Shown one piece after another: positions 24,090 to 36,976 of a stretch of DNA of 64,000 bases. The stretch is from the NCBI GenBank assembly GCA_003971905.1, contig RSEE01000008.1, positions 434,001-498,000 on the forward strand, given 5' to 3'. The notes beneath the pieces were generated by a model. The model was not told where the DNA came from. It did not search any database and worked only from the letters and a program-made list of their open reading frames with translations. Position 1 is the first letter of the stretch. Each line of letters opens with the position of its first letter. The position numbers were made by a program, and so were the translations under genes. The stretch is from Moniliella sp. 'wahieum' (taxonomy: Eukaryota).

Positions 24090-24554
24090 ACGCGTAACCC
24101 TCCCTACCCTGGCCCGCCGCAGCCAGTGGTCCGTGCTGGGGGGCGGTACTTTTTGCTATGATAGTCGCTGCTTTTTACCTGCTTTTCAACGCCCAGGCTG
24201 AGACCGAGCGCTAAGCCCCAGCGCCGATCGATCTTCAAGCTCCAGCCAGCGCTGCCCTTTGTCCAGCAAATGCGCTCGCGCCACTCCTTGCCCTACTGCG
24301 TTTGGTGCGTTTGGTGCACCCCAAATCGACCACGGTCTCGGCTACCGGTTCCCCTGTTTCGCCGCCATATGCGGTCATCAAAAATCGACCTTTTTTGTTG
24401 CTCACACTTACACGTATATTACACGCGTGTCCCACACGTTTTTTGTATACATCAAGCCACTTGGCGTACTTGAGTTTTGCGCGCAGAACACACACAAATG
24501 GATTCAGTGTGTGGTGATATTGTTGGCCTTTCTCTGGGCTATATATGCGCGAAA
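24090..24554. promoter_or_regulatory. MCB/SCB-like elements upstream of the cyclin gene
   Basis: ACGCGT at 24090-24095 and 24423-24428, and CGCGAAA at 24548-24554, in a relatively AT-rich intergenic stretch. Confidence 0.3.
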
Positions 24555-25177
24555 GCGCACTAGTGGTGTGGTGGTGGTTTAAATGCTATATGATGAGAAT
24601 ACAACAGTGTGGGGGAGAGACCATTCTTCTAAAAAGTACGGCAATAGCTCTTCCCCGACGTGTGCACGCTGTTTTTTGAAGGGGGGCTGTGGGGGTCTAT
24701 AGCATCAGTACATCAGCATGGTCGCGTGAGATGTATATACACAACGGGGGCAGGGGGGGCGGGCAGACTGCCTGCGTAACGCAGGGGCCAAACTGTTCTG
24801 GCTGCATTCCCGTCCATATTGGGAAGGGTGGAGGCGTGCTGAGAATCATTCATCAACGTTCAGCCAATAAGAAATGGCCGCAAATATTGCAGGCCCAATC
24901 GAGAGAGATGATCGATGAGAGACACACGGAATCCGGAGTTGGCCGCGTCGCGGTGGCGTGTGCTGTGGTGCCCGCCGCGTCGCTGCAGGCTCGGGGGCTG
25001 TCACCTACTGGGCGGGTGGTGTGGGTGGTGGTGGAGGCACAGGGCGGTTCGCGGGACGTGTGCCCGGCTGGCTGAGCACGGGGCGAGTGTCGAGCCGCCT
25101 CCCCGATTGCTTAAATTCTGGCCTGCCTGGCGCTGGCCACGGCTCGGCTGCTGCCACCATCGGGAGGCTGGGGTGCG

Positions 25178-26617
25178 ATGCGGTCACTTGCGCCGATGCC
25201 GCTGCTGGGCCTGCCACTCGGCCGGGCCGATGGCCCCCATGGCCCAGGCGCTGTGCTGGGCGTCGCGCGCGGGCTCGCCAATGCGGCGGCTGCACTGCCG
25301 CTCCGCGCTTCGTCGGCCAATGCAGACACCGAGGACACCGACCCGACCCAGGCGCAGGCGCAGGTCGTGGGCACCAAGCGTTCGCTTGCCGCTCGCTCCA
25401 TCCGCCCCTCCAAGCGCGCTCGGCACTCTGCCCCTGCCCCTGCCCCTGCCTCCACTGCCCCACCCTGCCCCTCTGTGGCCAAGCCAACGCAAGCTCCCTG
25501 GCTCGCCAAGGACGCCGGATGGACCGATTTGGATTGGGAGGACAGGGGGGACCCAATGATGGAATCCGAGTATGTCAATGACATCTTTGTCTACTTGCGT
25601 AGACTCGAGGTACGTGCACCGTCTGTGGGTTGGACTTGTGAGGCTGTGATACCGTGCTTGAGGGCCAGTGACTGACGAAGGCCTGTCCAGCTCCAGACCT
25701 TGCCCAACCCCTACTACATTAACCAGCAGGTGGATATGACATGGACGCACCGCTGCCAGGCCATAAACTGGCTTATTCGTGTTCACCACAAATTCCGTCT
25801 CGTGCCCGAGACACTTTTCTTGGCTGTTAACGTGGTGGACCGCATGCTCAGCGTCCGCTCTGTGTCCCTTAGTCGCCTCCAGCTGCTTACTACCGCTGCC
25901 CTCTTCCTTGCGGCCAAGTACGAGGAGGTGATCTGCCCCTCGGTCGAAAACTTTGCATACATAGCCACCGTCTCTGAACACGACGTTCTTAACGCTGAGA
26001 GCTATATCCTTCGCACCCTCAAATTTGACCTTTCCTACCCCAATCCCATGAACTTCCTTCGTCGCATTTCCAAAGCAGACGAGTACGATCTCCAAACCCG
26101 CACCATTGCCAAATACTTGTTCGTACCTCTGCCTCTCTCCTCTCCTCTCTTCGTCCACAGCCAGGCATCTTCGCTAACACGATGTAGGCTTGAGATTAGC
26201 ACACTGGACATACGTCTGCTGGGCCATCCTCCTTCACTCCTTGCTGCTGCTGCGTTCTGGTTGGCCAGAGAAGTGGTGGAGAGCAGCCCGACGTGGCACC
26301 CCAACATGGTGCACTACTCGGGTTACTCTGAGCCCGAGCTGCTCAGCACGGCCAACATCTTGTTGGACTTCATCTTGCGTCCGACGGAGCGCGTACAGCG
26401 CGCTTTGTTTACCAAGTACGCCTCCGAGGCCTTTCTAAAAGTCTCTATCTCTGTGTGCAAGTGGGGCAAGAACAGATTTCCTCGCGAACGAGCGCAGTAT
26501 GAACATTTGGCCTCTCGAAGCCCTAACAAAAGTCTTATTTTCCGTCGCACTCTCATCCTCGATCTCTTTCATACTTACTGCATCCCTCGCCCTTCTGCAG
26601 GGGAGATGAAACTCTGA
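25178..26617 (+). CDS. B-type cyclin (Cdc13/Clb-like, divergent)
   Basis: WTDLDWEDRGDPMMESEYVNDIF, then a cyclin box W LIRVHHKFRLVPETLFLAVNVVDRML, LQL, AAKYEE, AESYIL..L.FDLSYPNPMNFLRRISKAD. Introns 25610-25690 and 26119-26187. The start is uncertain. Confidence 0.93.
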
Positions 26618-27049
26618 TTGGTGGCCTTTTTCTTCCTCTCCCTCCCTCTCTCCCTGACTCGCCTCACTTCCAACCTCACAGCGACCACCGTGTGGTGCTC
26701 TGCCCTAACCCAATGAAGCGGTAGGGGCTCAAAGAGGTACCCAGAGCAGGTTCTGTGGGAGCAAATATGTACCGTACCGCATTTGGTTTCTCTTCGACAC
26801 CCAAGCTTTCAGCCTGCGTTTCAGCTGGTCGGTTCCCCGGAGCTTGGGGTTCTCTTCATGCCTTCTTCCTTTGAGTTTCGGCCTCCCTCACTAGCCCCTT
26901 TGCACTGGCACTGCCCATTGCTTTGTCATTAAAACAATTGCTCTGAACCCGCATGCCCCAACTCCCCTCTTCACTTGCAAGTCCCCTCTACTAAATAAAA
27001 CGTGGAATGTCGTGTCTACTTTGGGTGTGATATGAAGAGAGGAGATAGC

Positions 27050-29770
27050 TTAGCGCGGCGCCCACGGATCCACTTTGAGTGGTGGGAACACTCCGCCCAG
27101 TGGGACGCCCAAGGGCGAAAGGCCAGGTGACAGGCCCGAAAGGTCAGAGAAACTGTTTCTCAACTCGGGTAGACTGGGGTTGAGGGGGTACCGAGGTGCG
27201 GGAGAGCAAGTCCTCCCCCCAACCCGCCCGGCACCCCATTGCTCCCCAAACCGGCAGTGACCAACGCATTGTGGCCCGAAGAGAGGGGCGGGGTTAGGTT
27301 GTGGCCTAGGCCGGGCGGCGGGCCTGAGCGGGACAAAGGGAGCTTCCGGCACCGCCTCAAACGCGGCGCGGGTAGAGTCCCACCCCCAATCATGCTCCAC
27401 TTGGCGCCCAATCGGACCAGGAGGTAACAGCGAAGATGCGGGCGGGTGAGTGGAGTAGCGGACAGGTGTCCCGGGAGGACCCCATGGCGACCCCCCCATA
27501 CTCCTTCTCGGAGGCTCTACTGGCTCATCTGCTGTGGAGAGAAGCGCGCTCGAACCTAGGACCTGTTCTGGCTCCGTTTTGGGGGCAGATCGGGTTGGGT
27601 GAATGGGACCAACAGGACCGGGCGGTTGTGTGCGGCGGCGCGCCACAGGGTCGAGGTCAAAGTCGAATAGATCAGGGTAGGCGAGATGCGAGGGGGCCGA
27701 TGGAATGGAGGAAAAAGATGTGCTACGTGACACAAACGCGGGTGAAGGTGTGCCGATGGGGGGCAAACTGGGCGCCAAGGGTGCAGAGGGCGGAGAGATG
27801 GGCGAAGGCATCGCACTTAGACCCATCAGGGCCGCGGGCGAGTCAAGCAGCGGGTTTGGTGGTCCCACACTCCCCAGGGAGGGGGGGTAGGGCACACCCC
27901 GCCCTTGGCTCGGCACGTCTTTGCGAGCAGCCATGGCTTTCTCCATCTCCTCCCGCAACTCCCTCTCCTCTTTTTCCTTCTCTTCCTTTTCCCGGGCCCG
28001 CTCTTCCTTGAGGCGCTCCTTCTTCTCTCGCAAAGCCTCACGTTGTCGCCGAGCCTCCTCCTCCTTCTCCTTCCGGGCCCTCTCGCGTTCCGCATCCCGC
28101 GCTCGATCCTCTTCCACTCGACGGCGCCGCTCCTCCTCCTTTCGTGCCCGTTCGGCCTCTCGAGCCTTCCGCTCAGCTTCCCGTCGCTCCCGAAGTTCCT
28201 GCTGCTTCTTCATCTCAGCCTCGCGGCGCTTGGCCTTTGCCTCCGCTTCAGCCTCTTGGCGTTGACGTTCCGCTGCTTCGCGCTGCTGCTGCTCCGCTTC
28301 CCGCTTCTCCCGCTGCAATCTGGGTCACCGCGCATGGTTAGTACACTGCTCTGGAAGCTGAAGTAGAGGAGTACACACCGTTTTTTGTCTTTCTTCTTTT
28401 GAAGCTCCCGCTCTCGCTTCGCTGCTTTGTCCCTTGTCTCCGCCTTGGACGCTTCCAATTCTTTAAGCAGTTCCCGTTGGCGTCTTGGGCCACATGCTCC
28501 TTGAGTGCCTGGTGTACCCGCTGTTCAAATAGCCGGGCCGCGACCACTTGGAATATCCGCTCTCCTTCCTCCACCTTGTGTTCCGTATCCTCTTCTTCTC
28601 CCGCGAAGATTGGCCATGTGTTCCAGCATCTCTAGGACTTGTGGCCATCGCTTTTGAGAAGGTCTCCGCAACCGTAGCACGCCTACAAGAGGAAGGGAGG
28701 AGATTAGTCTCATTTCACGCAAAACAGCACGGGAGGAGCAAGGGAGCGCACCTCGTACAGTCACTGGGGATCCGAACCAGTCCAACTTCCCCGGCGACTT
28801 GGTGGGTTCCTCCTCCTCTTCGTCTTCGAATTCGTCGTCCTCGAATTCGTCTTCGTCATACTCATCCTCCCGCTCCCGCCGGAGCGGGTCTGGGCCTACC
28901 ACTGCCCCGGTCGAGTCCAGGACGACTGCTCCCGGAAAGACATCTTTGCGATCCAGAGCCCGCTCCAGCTCGTCGTAATACGCTTGGTACAGCCTGTCTA
29001 CTTCCTGTTCGAGCGCCGTCCGTTTGCGCGCACAAATCCGACAGGTGCAGCCGGCCTTTTGGCCCTCCTTGACCCGCCGCGCTACAAAGTCCTTCTCGAT
29101 CATCACCAAGTCTTTCCGTTCTGCCTTGTCCAATCCGACCCAAAAGGCCTTGATCTTTTCCCGCTCTTGCTGGCTCTGCACGGCCCACGCCCGTGCCCGC
29201 GCCAACACTTCTGGTGGCCGCACGGCTTGGATCGGAATTTCTCGCCGGACCGGCCGTTTGCCCGTTTTCGGCTTAGGCGGATTGAGCATGGGCTGCTTCC
29301 CCGGCACGGGACGAGGGCTTGGGCGTGGCGGGCGCGGTGGCCGGGCGCAGACATGGGCGCAGACATGGGCACGACGGGCGCCGGAGGGAGGGGGGACGAG
29401 AGCGGCGAAAGGGGCGGCGCCACGGGCAGGCTGGCCGGCGAATCGGTCGGCACAGAGCAGCGCCGGGCGGGGTGGGCGGGGCGGCGATGCGGGGGGGCGA
29501 GAGAGGCGGTGCGTCAGGGGCGGCGAGACCGACGCCCTGTGGGAAGGCACCAGGAGGGAGGCGTGGGTCGGCGGGATGCGCAGCAGGCGCCAGCGCGTGG
29601 CTCGGGTGGCCCGCCGACGACGCGTCCTGGTCCGGGGTGAAGAGGGGCATGGGCAAGGTGCTGCGGATGAGGGAGCGTATGTGCGGCGAGAAGGGCATCC
29701 AGTAGTCCCCGTCGGACTGCGCCGCGTCGGGGGTACTGGACATGGTAGTGGTGGGGGCGGGCGGAGCCAT
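27050..29770 (-). CDS. NST1: Stress response protein NST1 (salt-tolerance regulator); frameshifted
   Basis: EREKIKAFW..L...ERKDLV.IEK...CTCRICARKRTALEQEV..LY.AYYDELE and EEGERIFQVVAARLFEQRV, followed by a long E/K/R coiled coil. Introns 28683-28751 and 28320-28378. The start is tentative. Confidence 0.88.
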
Positions 29771-29799
29771 GGGAGGTGGGGGCTGGGCGGAAGGTAGGG

Positions 29800-30490
29800 T
29801 TGGTTTGCCACCCCAAAGAATAATTCCATTCCGCCCCCTTCGGGTGAGTGACGGGCGGCGTGCCGCGCCGCGGCCAGTGCGCCGGCCGATCCTCTCTGTC
29901 TGCTCCTGGAAACGAGCGCGACGAGCCGGGGACAATTCCAAGGTATCTGAATGGCCGTAGCGGTCAAGGTCGTCGAGCAGGGCTTCCTTGTTGCGTGACG
30001 GGTCGGGAAGACCCACTTTTTGGGCGGCCTCTCGTACCGCTTCCGTGGTGTTGCGATTGAAGAGTGAGGGAATGACGGAGCGCTGAGCATCAGTGGACCT
30101 CCCAGACAGGCATATTGGTTGCCATACTATAGTTACAGGCGGGTAGGGAGGGGAAGGTTGGAAAAGGAAAAGAAGGGATGCAGAGAGGAGAGGTATAAGG
30201 GAAAAGTGCGCCAGCAATCGTTGATACGACCAGATTCCGATGCCAAGCGAAACAACAATCAAGAGCAAGAGGTCCGAAGACCGATAGGGATTGAATATTG
30301 ATTGCTGGTGAACGAAAGCAGACAGCAGCGGATAGGGTGGAGGAGGAAGTGCGTGGGAATGAGAAGAGAGGAAAGACGAAGGATGCGATGACAGCCGTGG
30401 CTTCTAGTAGAAGGAGCGCCAGCTTCCAGATCTTCGCCCAGGCGGAATCAGCGCGCGCTAGCTGCTGGGTGGGAGCCGCTGGGAACACCA
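29800..30490 (-). CDS. Hypothetical small membrane protein (frameshifted; boundaries approximate)
   Basis: Hydrophobic segments (IWKLALLLLEATAVIASFVFPLF; IVVSLGIGIWSY..FSLIPLLSASLLFLF), an intron-like segment ending CTGATGCTCAG at ~30083, then a charged tail. Confidence 0.4.
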
Positions 30491-30958
30491 TAATGAGGCT
30501 ATGCTCTTGACAGACCACACTTGTGTCCCAATACGGCCAGGGTCCCGGTTGTTGGTCAAGAAGTCGAGCTTCATCAGCTTCACCAGCTCCAAAAAAGGGG
30601 TTGGGATGATCATCTCGATCACCGATCATCCGTCCATCGATCATCCGTTCATCCACCTCTGAGCCACCCTACTATCATTAGTCTCCGCAGATGGGCGCCT
30701 ACTGACATGGTTACTGGTTACCTCCGCGTCGGGGTGCTCTCTGGTCCAGCGTACCGGCCCCAGCCGCGCCCCGGTTCTGCCGCCAATGACGACGAATACC
30801 AGGCCCACTCGTGTCCAAGGGCGCGGGCAACCAACTGCGTCCTAAACGCACCACCTGCTGACGTAATGGCAGGCCCCCCTCCAGGTGTAGGTGCTGTTAC
30901 AGTGTGTGGGTCCCACCTCCGCATTGGATCCTACCAGCTTCCATTCATTGCTTCGAGT

Positions 30959-33363
30959 ATGCTCGCCATGCTCGCTGCCCTCGACGAAACGGAGGATGTG
31001 GCGGGCTGGCTCAACACCTGCTCTCCGTTGATTCGATGGGCACCGACACGTCTGTGCCAACGCTTGAACGCAAGGTTCAGCGCCAGCTCGGCGCCGTGGG
31101 CGATCTCCTCCTCGATGCCCAGACGCAGACCGACGCTGCCCTGCGGCGCCTTCGTACCGCCGTTCCTCAAATCCAGTACGACATCCGTCTCTTCCAGGAC
31201 ACCACCGCTCGCCTTTCCGCTCAAGCCGCACCACTTACCGCGCCTGTTGCCTCTGGGGGGGGTGCTGGACCGCCTTCACCGCCTCGCCTTGCTTGAGGAG
31301 CGGGTCAGTGCTTCCCGCGATATCCTCCGCGATGCCGAATCTTGGTCGAGTCTCGAGGGTGACCTGGACACGTATCTCTCCCAAGGGAATTTCGAGGATG
31401 CCGCTCTGCGCCTGGCTGAGGCTACTGGCTCGCTCGGTGTTTGCGCAGACCAGTGCGTATGCCCAAAGGGAGCAGCTTGTTGCCCAGCTTAAGCAACGCT
31501 TGGTCCACGCCCTCCATCCAGCTGTAGATCGTGCTGTTGCCCACGCCGACGTGGCCGCCGCATCCGAAACGTTGCGTACCCTCGCTCTTGTGGGGGAGGA
31601 GGAGTTCCAGCGGCTCTGGCTCGAAGCCCGCGTCGCGCCCCTGCAGGCTGAGTGGGAGAGCGCGGCCCAGGACCCATTGCCGTCAGCCTTGGCGCGGCTG
31701 TGCAATTCCTGTCTAGCCCGTGTAGAGGAGGAGCGGGTGTACGCAGACACCCTCTTTTCTACATATGCACGCACCCACCTGGCCCAGTTCATTGTCACCC
31801 TCTGGGACACCTTGCGGCCTTCGGTCTCCAGCCGCCTCGCTCACCTCGTGGAAGACGAGAGAGCCCTCCCGTTACTTTTGCAGTGCTGGCACACAACCCA
31901 GAATGTCATTCGAAGCATCGGTACGGTGCTCGCCCGTACTGAGAACAAGGACAAGGATCCGGGTCAGGGTGGAGGGGAAGACTGGGATTCAGTCCTCTAC
32001 ACTCCTTTCCTTCTGTACCAGGGCCGTTTCTCCCTGCTTGCTCGCCTCTATATTGAGGCCATGTGGTCTGCGCCAGCGGAGCTGGACCCTACTACGCTCC
32101 AACAAGCAGGGGAGACGGCTCTCAACCTTGTCTCGAACGTGCAGAAAGACAATACGGCGTTTACACTTGGCTTTGCGACCCATGCTCTGCTCGAGGCTAG
32201 CGACAGCTTCCTTGGCGCGTGTCTGGACACGCTTGAGGCCCAGCTGAAGCGCGTCTACTTTTTTGTCGTCGTCGATCCCTCATCATCCGATGGCTTGGTG
32301 CGCACCGCCGCTCGCACGCTTGCTGCCACCAAAGCCCTCTTTACCCGTCTCCTCGCGCTCGAGGAAGAATTTGCCTCCTCCACCAAAAGACCCAAGCCTA
32401 CTTTCAACAGCCCGAGGGGGAGGCAGCCCCTGATGGAGACGGAACCCCAGCCCTGCTGAGCCAGCTGCGCTCGACTGGGTTAGCCACGCCTGCGCTTGAG
32501 ACCACCTTGGAGACGCTCCGCCAGATCCAGACGTTTGGTGCCAATCCGCGCCTGTACCTCCTGCGGAATGAAAGCGTGACGGCTCCACCCCCCTCCTTCC
32601 TGTTGCGCGGGCCAGCCTGCTCCACTTGGTGCAAAGTGCACAGAGCGTACTTCTCAAGGCGGTTCAGGAACCACTGGCGACGCCGCTCTTGGTCTATGCC
32701 AGCCTACCCGTCTGGACCAGCACCGAACCGCAGCAGACCGACGGCGTGGCCATCCCTACCTTTAGTCTCAGCCCCACAGAGACCGTTGCCGGCCTGGGCG
32801 AAGCATTGTTGGACTTGCCACGGGCGTTGGAGGTGTACACCCAGGACGCGGCGGTGGGCTTTGGGATCCACGCGCTTCCGCTGCTGGATCTGCTATCGAA
32901 TGAGCCTGCTGCCTCCTCCTCGCCGTCGCTTGCGCGACCCGCACGGCCCGAGCGGCACGAGCGGCGCATGAGTTTGCTTCCCGATGCACCGCCGCCGCTT
33001 TCCTCTGGGGAGGTCCTGTCGCTTTACCTCCTCTCCATCTTACGCACCTTTCTCTCCCGCCTTACGGGCGAAATCTTACCGGGCCTGCCGCGTCTGTCCC
33101 ACTACGGCGCACGCCAACTGAGCACCGACCTGGAATACCTCGAGTCGATCCTGGCCGTGTTGAACTACGTTGAGCCGACGCAGGCGCTTGCTTCGTGGCG
33201 CCGCCTCGTCTCGCTCGACTGGGAGACGGCCAAGACGCTCGTTTCGGACCCGAGCAAGCTGGAGCCCACGCTGCGCGACAGCTTGTTGCCCTTGCGCTCC
33301 ACGGCCGCATTTACGGCGGTGGCGCGGCTCCGGGGACTGGGGCGCATTGGTTCGCTGCCGTGA
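30959..33363 (+). CDS. COG7: Conserved oligomeric Golgi complex subunit 7; frameshifted
   Basis: DVAGWLN, VPQIQYD, LDRLHRL...SRDILRDAESWSSLE, IPTFSLSPTETV..LGEALLDLPRALEVY and GARQLSTDLEYLESILAVLN. Confidence 0.85.
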
Positions 33364-34112
33364 CGGGAGGTGGTGTAGGCGGGGCCTGCGCAGCTCGCGC
33401 CCCCCACACCTAGGCTATCTCGGGGCCACCCGTTGCATGTAAGCTACTGGCCAACGGCTCGTGTTAGACACGACTCAGTGTACTCAATGTGCATGCAGGC
33501 GTCTCTGTACTTGGTTCGCAGGGACAAAGCTTACGAGGAGCAAGCAGCACATCCCCTCCTCCCCGCACCCAGGCAACAGCCCTGGGGGGCGCAGCCGGGG
33601 GGAGTTAAGTAGGGGATCCATACTCCTATTGGCTCCGCACATCCCATGCGCTCGAGCAGGTTGCGAGGTGACCGGTGACACTTGAAACTTACAAGGGAGA
33701 CAGTGTGGGGGGAATATATTTGCCACCTGCAAGATGCCTATAGTAGGACCCGTCTAGTAGCAGCTGCAAGCGAGACTGCGGTTGTAAGCGTGGTGCCTTT
33801 GGGCGCCTGGCTGCCCTGCCACAATGAAACGTCTGGCTCACGTTTGCATTTCGCCACCAATGGTGCTGCTCATCCACTCATCGCTTCGGTCACGCGTACG
33901 CCCACGCGGCCACGACAGCCCCCACACGCACAGCACATGCATCAGTCTGCAAAAGCACAAAAACGGTCCAAGTCCGATCGAGCCTCCGGACCATCAGCGA
34001 CCGTAGCATACCGGAGCGGAGTGACAGCGGCCCTCCTCCCTCCCACGCGGGGCTTATATCCCCCCGTAGCACACACACCCTGCGCATGCCCCGCCCTCCT
34101 CCCCCCATCAGC

Positions 34113-34997
34113 ATGTCCGCCACCGTTCGCACCGAGTACTGTCTAGCTACCCAAAAGGATATCCCTGGCCTGGGCCGGATCTGGTCCGAGGGTCCGTCGC
34201 TGTCATCACTTGCTTTGGAGCAGGCCAAGGACACGAAAACTGACATCAGCTTGACCACAGACTTAATTCCACGGTGCCGGCGCTGATGTCGCCATTGGGC
34301 GTCAACACGTTGGAGGAGCGTTGTGCATTTTGGACGAGCCAGATCCAACGATTCCATGTGGCCAGCACGGATCCGACCCAGCGCGCACTCCGCGGTCACT
34401 TCCCCACCTCCCTGTGGTGCGCCAAGCAAATCGCCCCGGATGGCACGGCAAAGGTGGTGGGCATGATGGCGGTTGAGATCGTTCCGCGCGCAGAAGATAA
34501 AGCATCCCACAAACAGCTCCACCACGCCAACTCGCTTCTCCCCTCTCCGGGCACACCTCCCAATGGGTTCAATCAACGTGCATTGGACGATATCTTTTCC
34601 TGCAGTGAGGCTTGGACCCAGGAACAGTTCCCCACCCATAGCGTGCTGAGTACGTACGCCCCCGAAAAAAATCTGGATTTGAGATCTGATGACAAGGACG
34701 GTGCCTGGGTTTGTACAGTTGTGGTCCTGTTCGCTGTGGACAAGCAGACGCAGAACAAGGGTGTGGGCGCGGCGTTGCTGGCCAAGGCCAAGGAAATGGC
34801 AGCAACCATGTCCCCGCAAGCAGAGGATGTGCCATCTGGGTTGACCCCCTGGCCATGCAGGGATCCCCCTCGCCTTGCATGCGGTGCAATCGGCGGTAGG
34901 GTTCTATGAGAAGCAGGCTCTCCGCTCGGTCAATCCGATTGACCTTGGCAGCTGCAACCAACAGTTCATAGGAATGGTATGGCAGGCTCCTGCCTAG
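34113..34997 (+). CDS. GNAT-family N-acetyltransferase; frameshifted
   Basis: Acetyl-CoA motif A LFAVDKQTQNKGVGAALL and a C-terminal FYEKQ motif B in the adjacent frame ending at TAG 34995-34997. N-terminus LATQKDIPGL. Confidence 0.75.
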
Positions 34998-35966
34998 CAT
35001 TCCGATCCTGAATCGTTCTGGATAATCTCGACGGTGACGGCCAAGGGTGGATGCTGGGGAGGGAATGACACTGCATGCCAGCTGCTGTTCGCCCCCTTTT
35101 GGTTTTGTCCCACCTACCTTTCTTTAGCGTGAACCCCCCCGCCCACGTGCCATTTGATGGCATGCGGCTTCTCTTGTTTCCTTCACGTTTCGCGGTCATG
35201 AAACCCATGACACGCATTACCAACTGAGTGCGGCTGGGAAAACAGTATGATGAGACCTGGGAGAGAGGGATGTAATCGCACCAAGTGGTGGCGGTTGTGG
35301 TGGCCTAAACCAACGAACAACGCTGACATGGTACAGAGGAACATCAATAACCTTCAAGCAGCTAGTCGCCACCAAGGGCTAGGCTGCGGAACAAGAAAAA
35401 CAGAGACGAGAAAACAACGCAACTCCTGCGGGCCTGAAGAGGGACCGAGGGGGGACGTTTTGGCCAAAATACAACGAGCCACCCGGTGGCTCAACGCATA
35501 AGTAGAGATGGCAACTTGGAGCCTGGGTAGTCCTTAGGTTCTCTCCCAAAGCACTGCTCTCATTCCCTTTGCATTCTCGTGCATCACGTAGGAGATACGG
35601 AGAGTACCTGAGTACTGAGTACCTTCCCGACGCGTTTGGTCATGAGGGAGAGCGACAAAGCGAGACCGAGGTTTGAAGATGGACAGAGAACATGGGATTT
35701 GCATGGGATCCCACGGCGGAGAAGGGAGACGGGAGACGGGACACAGGACGTTGGTTGGCCACATGAAAAGGAGAGCAAGGCCAAGCCACGAGAGCCACGA
35801 GCACACCAGCGACCGGATGATCATCCCCCCGCACACCTACCAGAGCTGGCTGCCAAGTGCCAAGTGGCAAGGGCCACGTGACTCGTTCCCATATTTGCAG
35901 ACAGCCAAGCCGCTCCTGTCGCACCTGTCGCACCAGCTCGCACCTGGGATGTCGGAGGATGCCGGG

Positions 35967-36067
35967 CACCGATCACCGATCACCGGTCACTAGTCACTAG
36001 TCACTAGTCACTAGCTTCACTAGTCCCCGATCATCAATCATCGATCACCGATCATGAATCATCAATC
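35967..36067. repeat. 7-bp lattice with invariant TCA and variable 4-mer spacers
   Basis: TCA at 35973, 35980, 35987, 35994, 36001 and 36008, then after a 2-bp slip at 36017, (TCC 36024), 36031, 36038, 36045, 36052 and 36059. Confidence 0.9.
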
Positions 36068-36976
36068 GGCGACCTCCTGCTGATCACCGATTACACACCC
36101 ATGATAGTCCTTGGCCTGACTAATGATTGGGGCGGGGAGAGTCGCCGACGGGAGCCCCCGCCGCGCAGCCGCAGGCAGCGGTCTGGAGGAGTTAGAGCTG
36201 CCAGGTGCGATTGACGGAGCCGACAGTGGTCGGGTGCTGGAATCCACTCACTGACTGGTTAGTCGCTACTTGAAGCGTGACGCGTGACGCGTGAAGCTAA
36301 AGTGCACAACCCGCCGGACCGCGACAGCTCGCCCACACATTTGGCGCTTTGAAATTTGAAGCTTGAAGCTGCGCTGAGCTCTGCCTCCTGTTAGGCTGGC
36401 ACAGTGCGTCCACGGCGCTCCTTCGCCGGTGGCCGGTGGACGTTGAAGGCATTGGACATTATTTCCAGTTGACAGGGTAGGCCAGGGCCCGCAGGGGGAC
36501 AGCGGACTCAATCTGGACCGAGTTTTTGTTTACCGTGCCGATCTCGATCATCGATCACTAGACATTGTCGCTAGCAGCTTGAGGTGACGCATGGGACAGC
36601 CATTGTGTTGTACGCACCAGCGGGCAGCTGGGCAGACGAGGCTCACGCTCTGGCACAGTCTCCCCGTGGCGCCCGATGGCCGGGCGGGAGCAGGGGGGCA
36701 GCCAGGGGCACCGGCTGCAGGCGGGGCCTTGCAGAGGCGGAGCATGGCGTCCTGCTCCTGGGCACTGGACCGGCCCTCGCCTCGCGCGCCCAGTGACATT
36801 GGTCGCAGATCGCACAGCCTAGCGCAGTCCTATAGTCCTAGGCCCGCGGCGTGCTTTGTGCGTTTCCACCGAGTGCTTTTGCCACTTGGCTTCCTTTGGT
36901 TGCGTCCCTGTCATTCCGTCCCTCTCCTTTCCTTTCCTTCCCACCCCCAACCCCCATCCCTCCCACGGCCGCCGCC

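Noticed and set aside
24147..24640. MITE defined by GTACTTTTT/AAAAAGTAC inverted ends
   Set aside because: Only a 9-bp low-complexity match and no target-site duplication.
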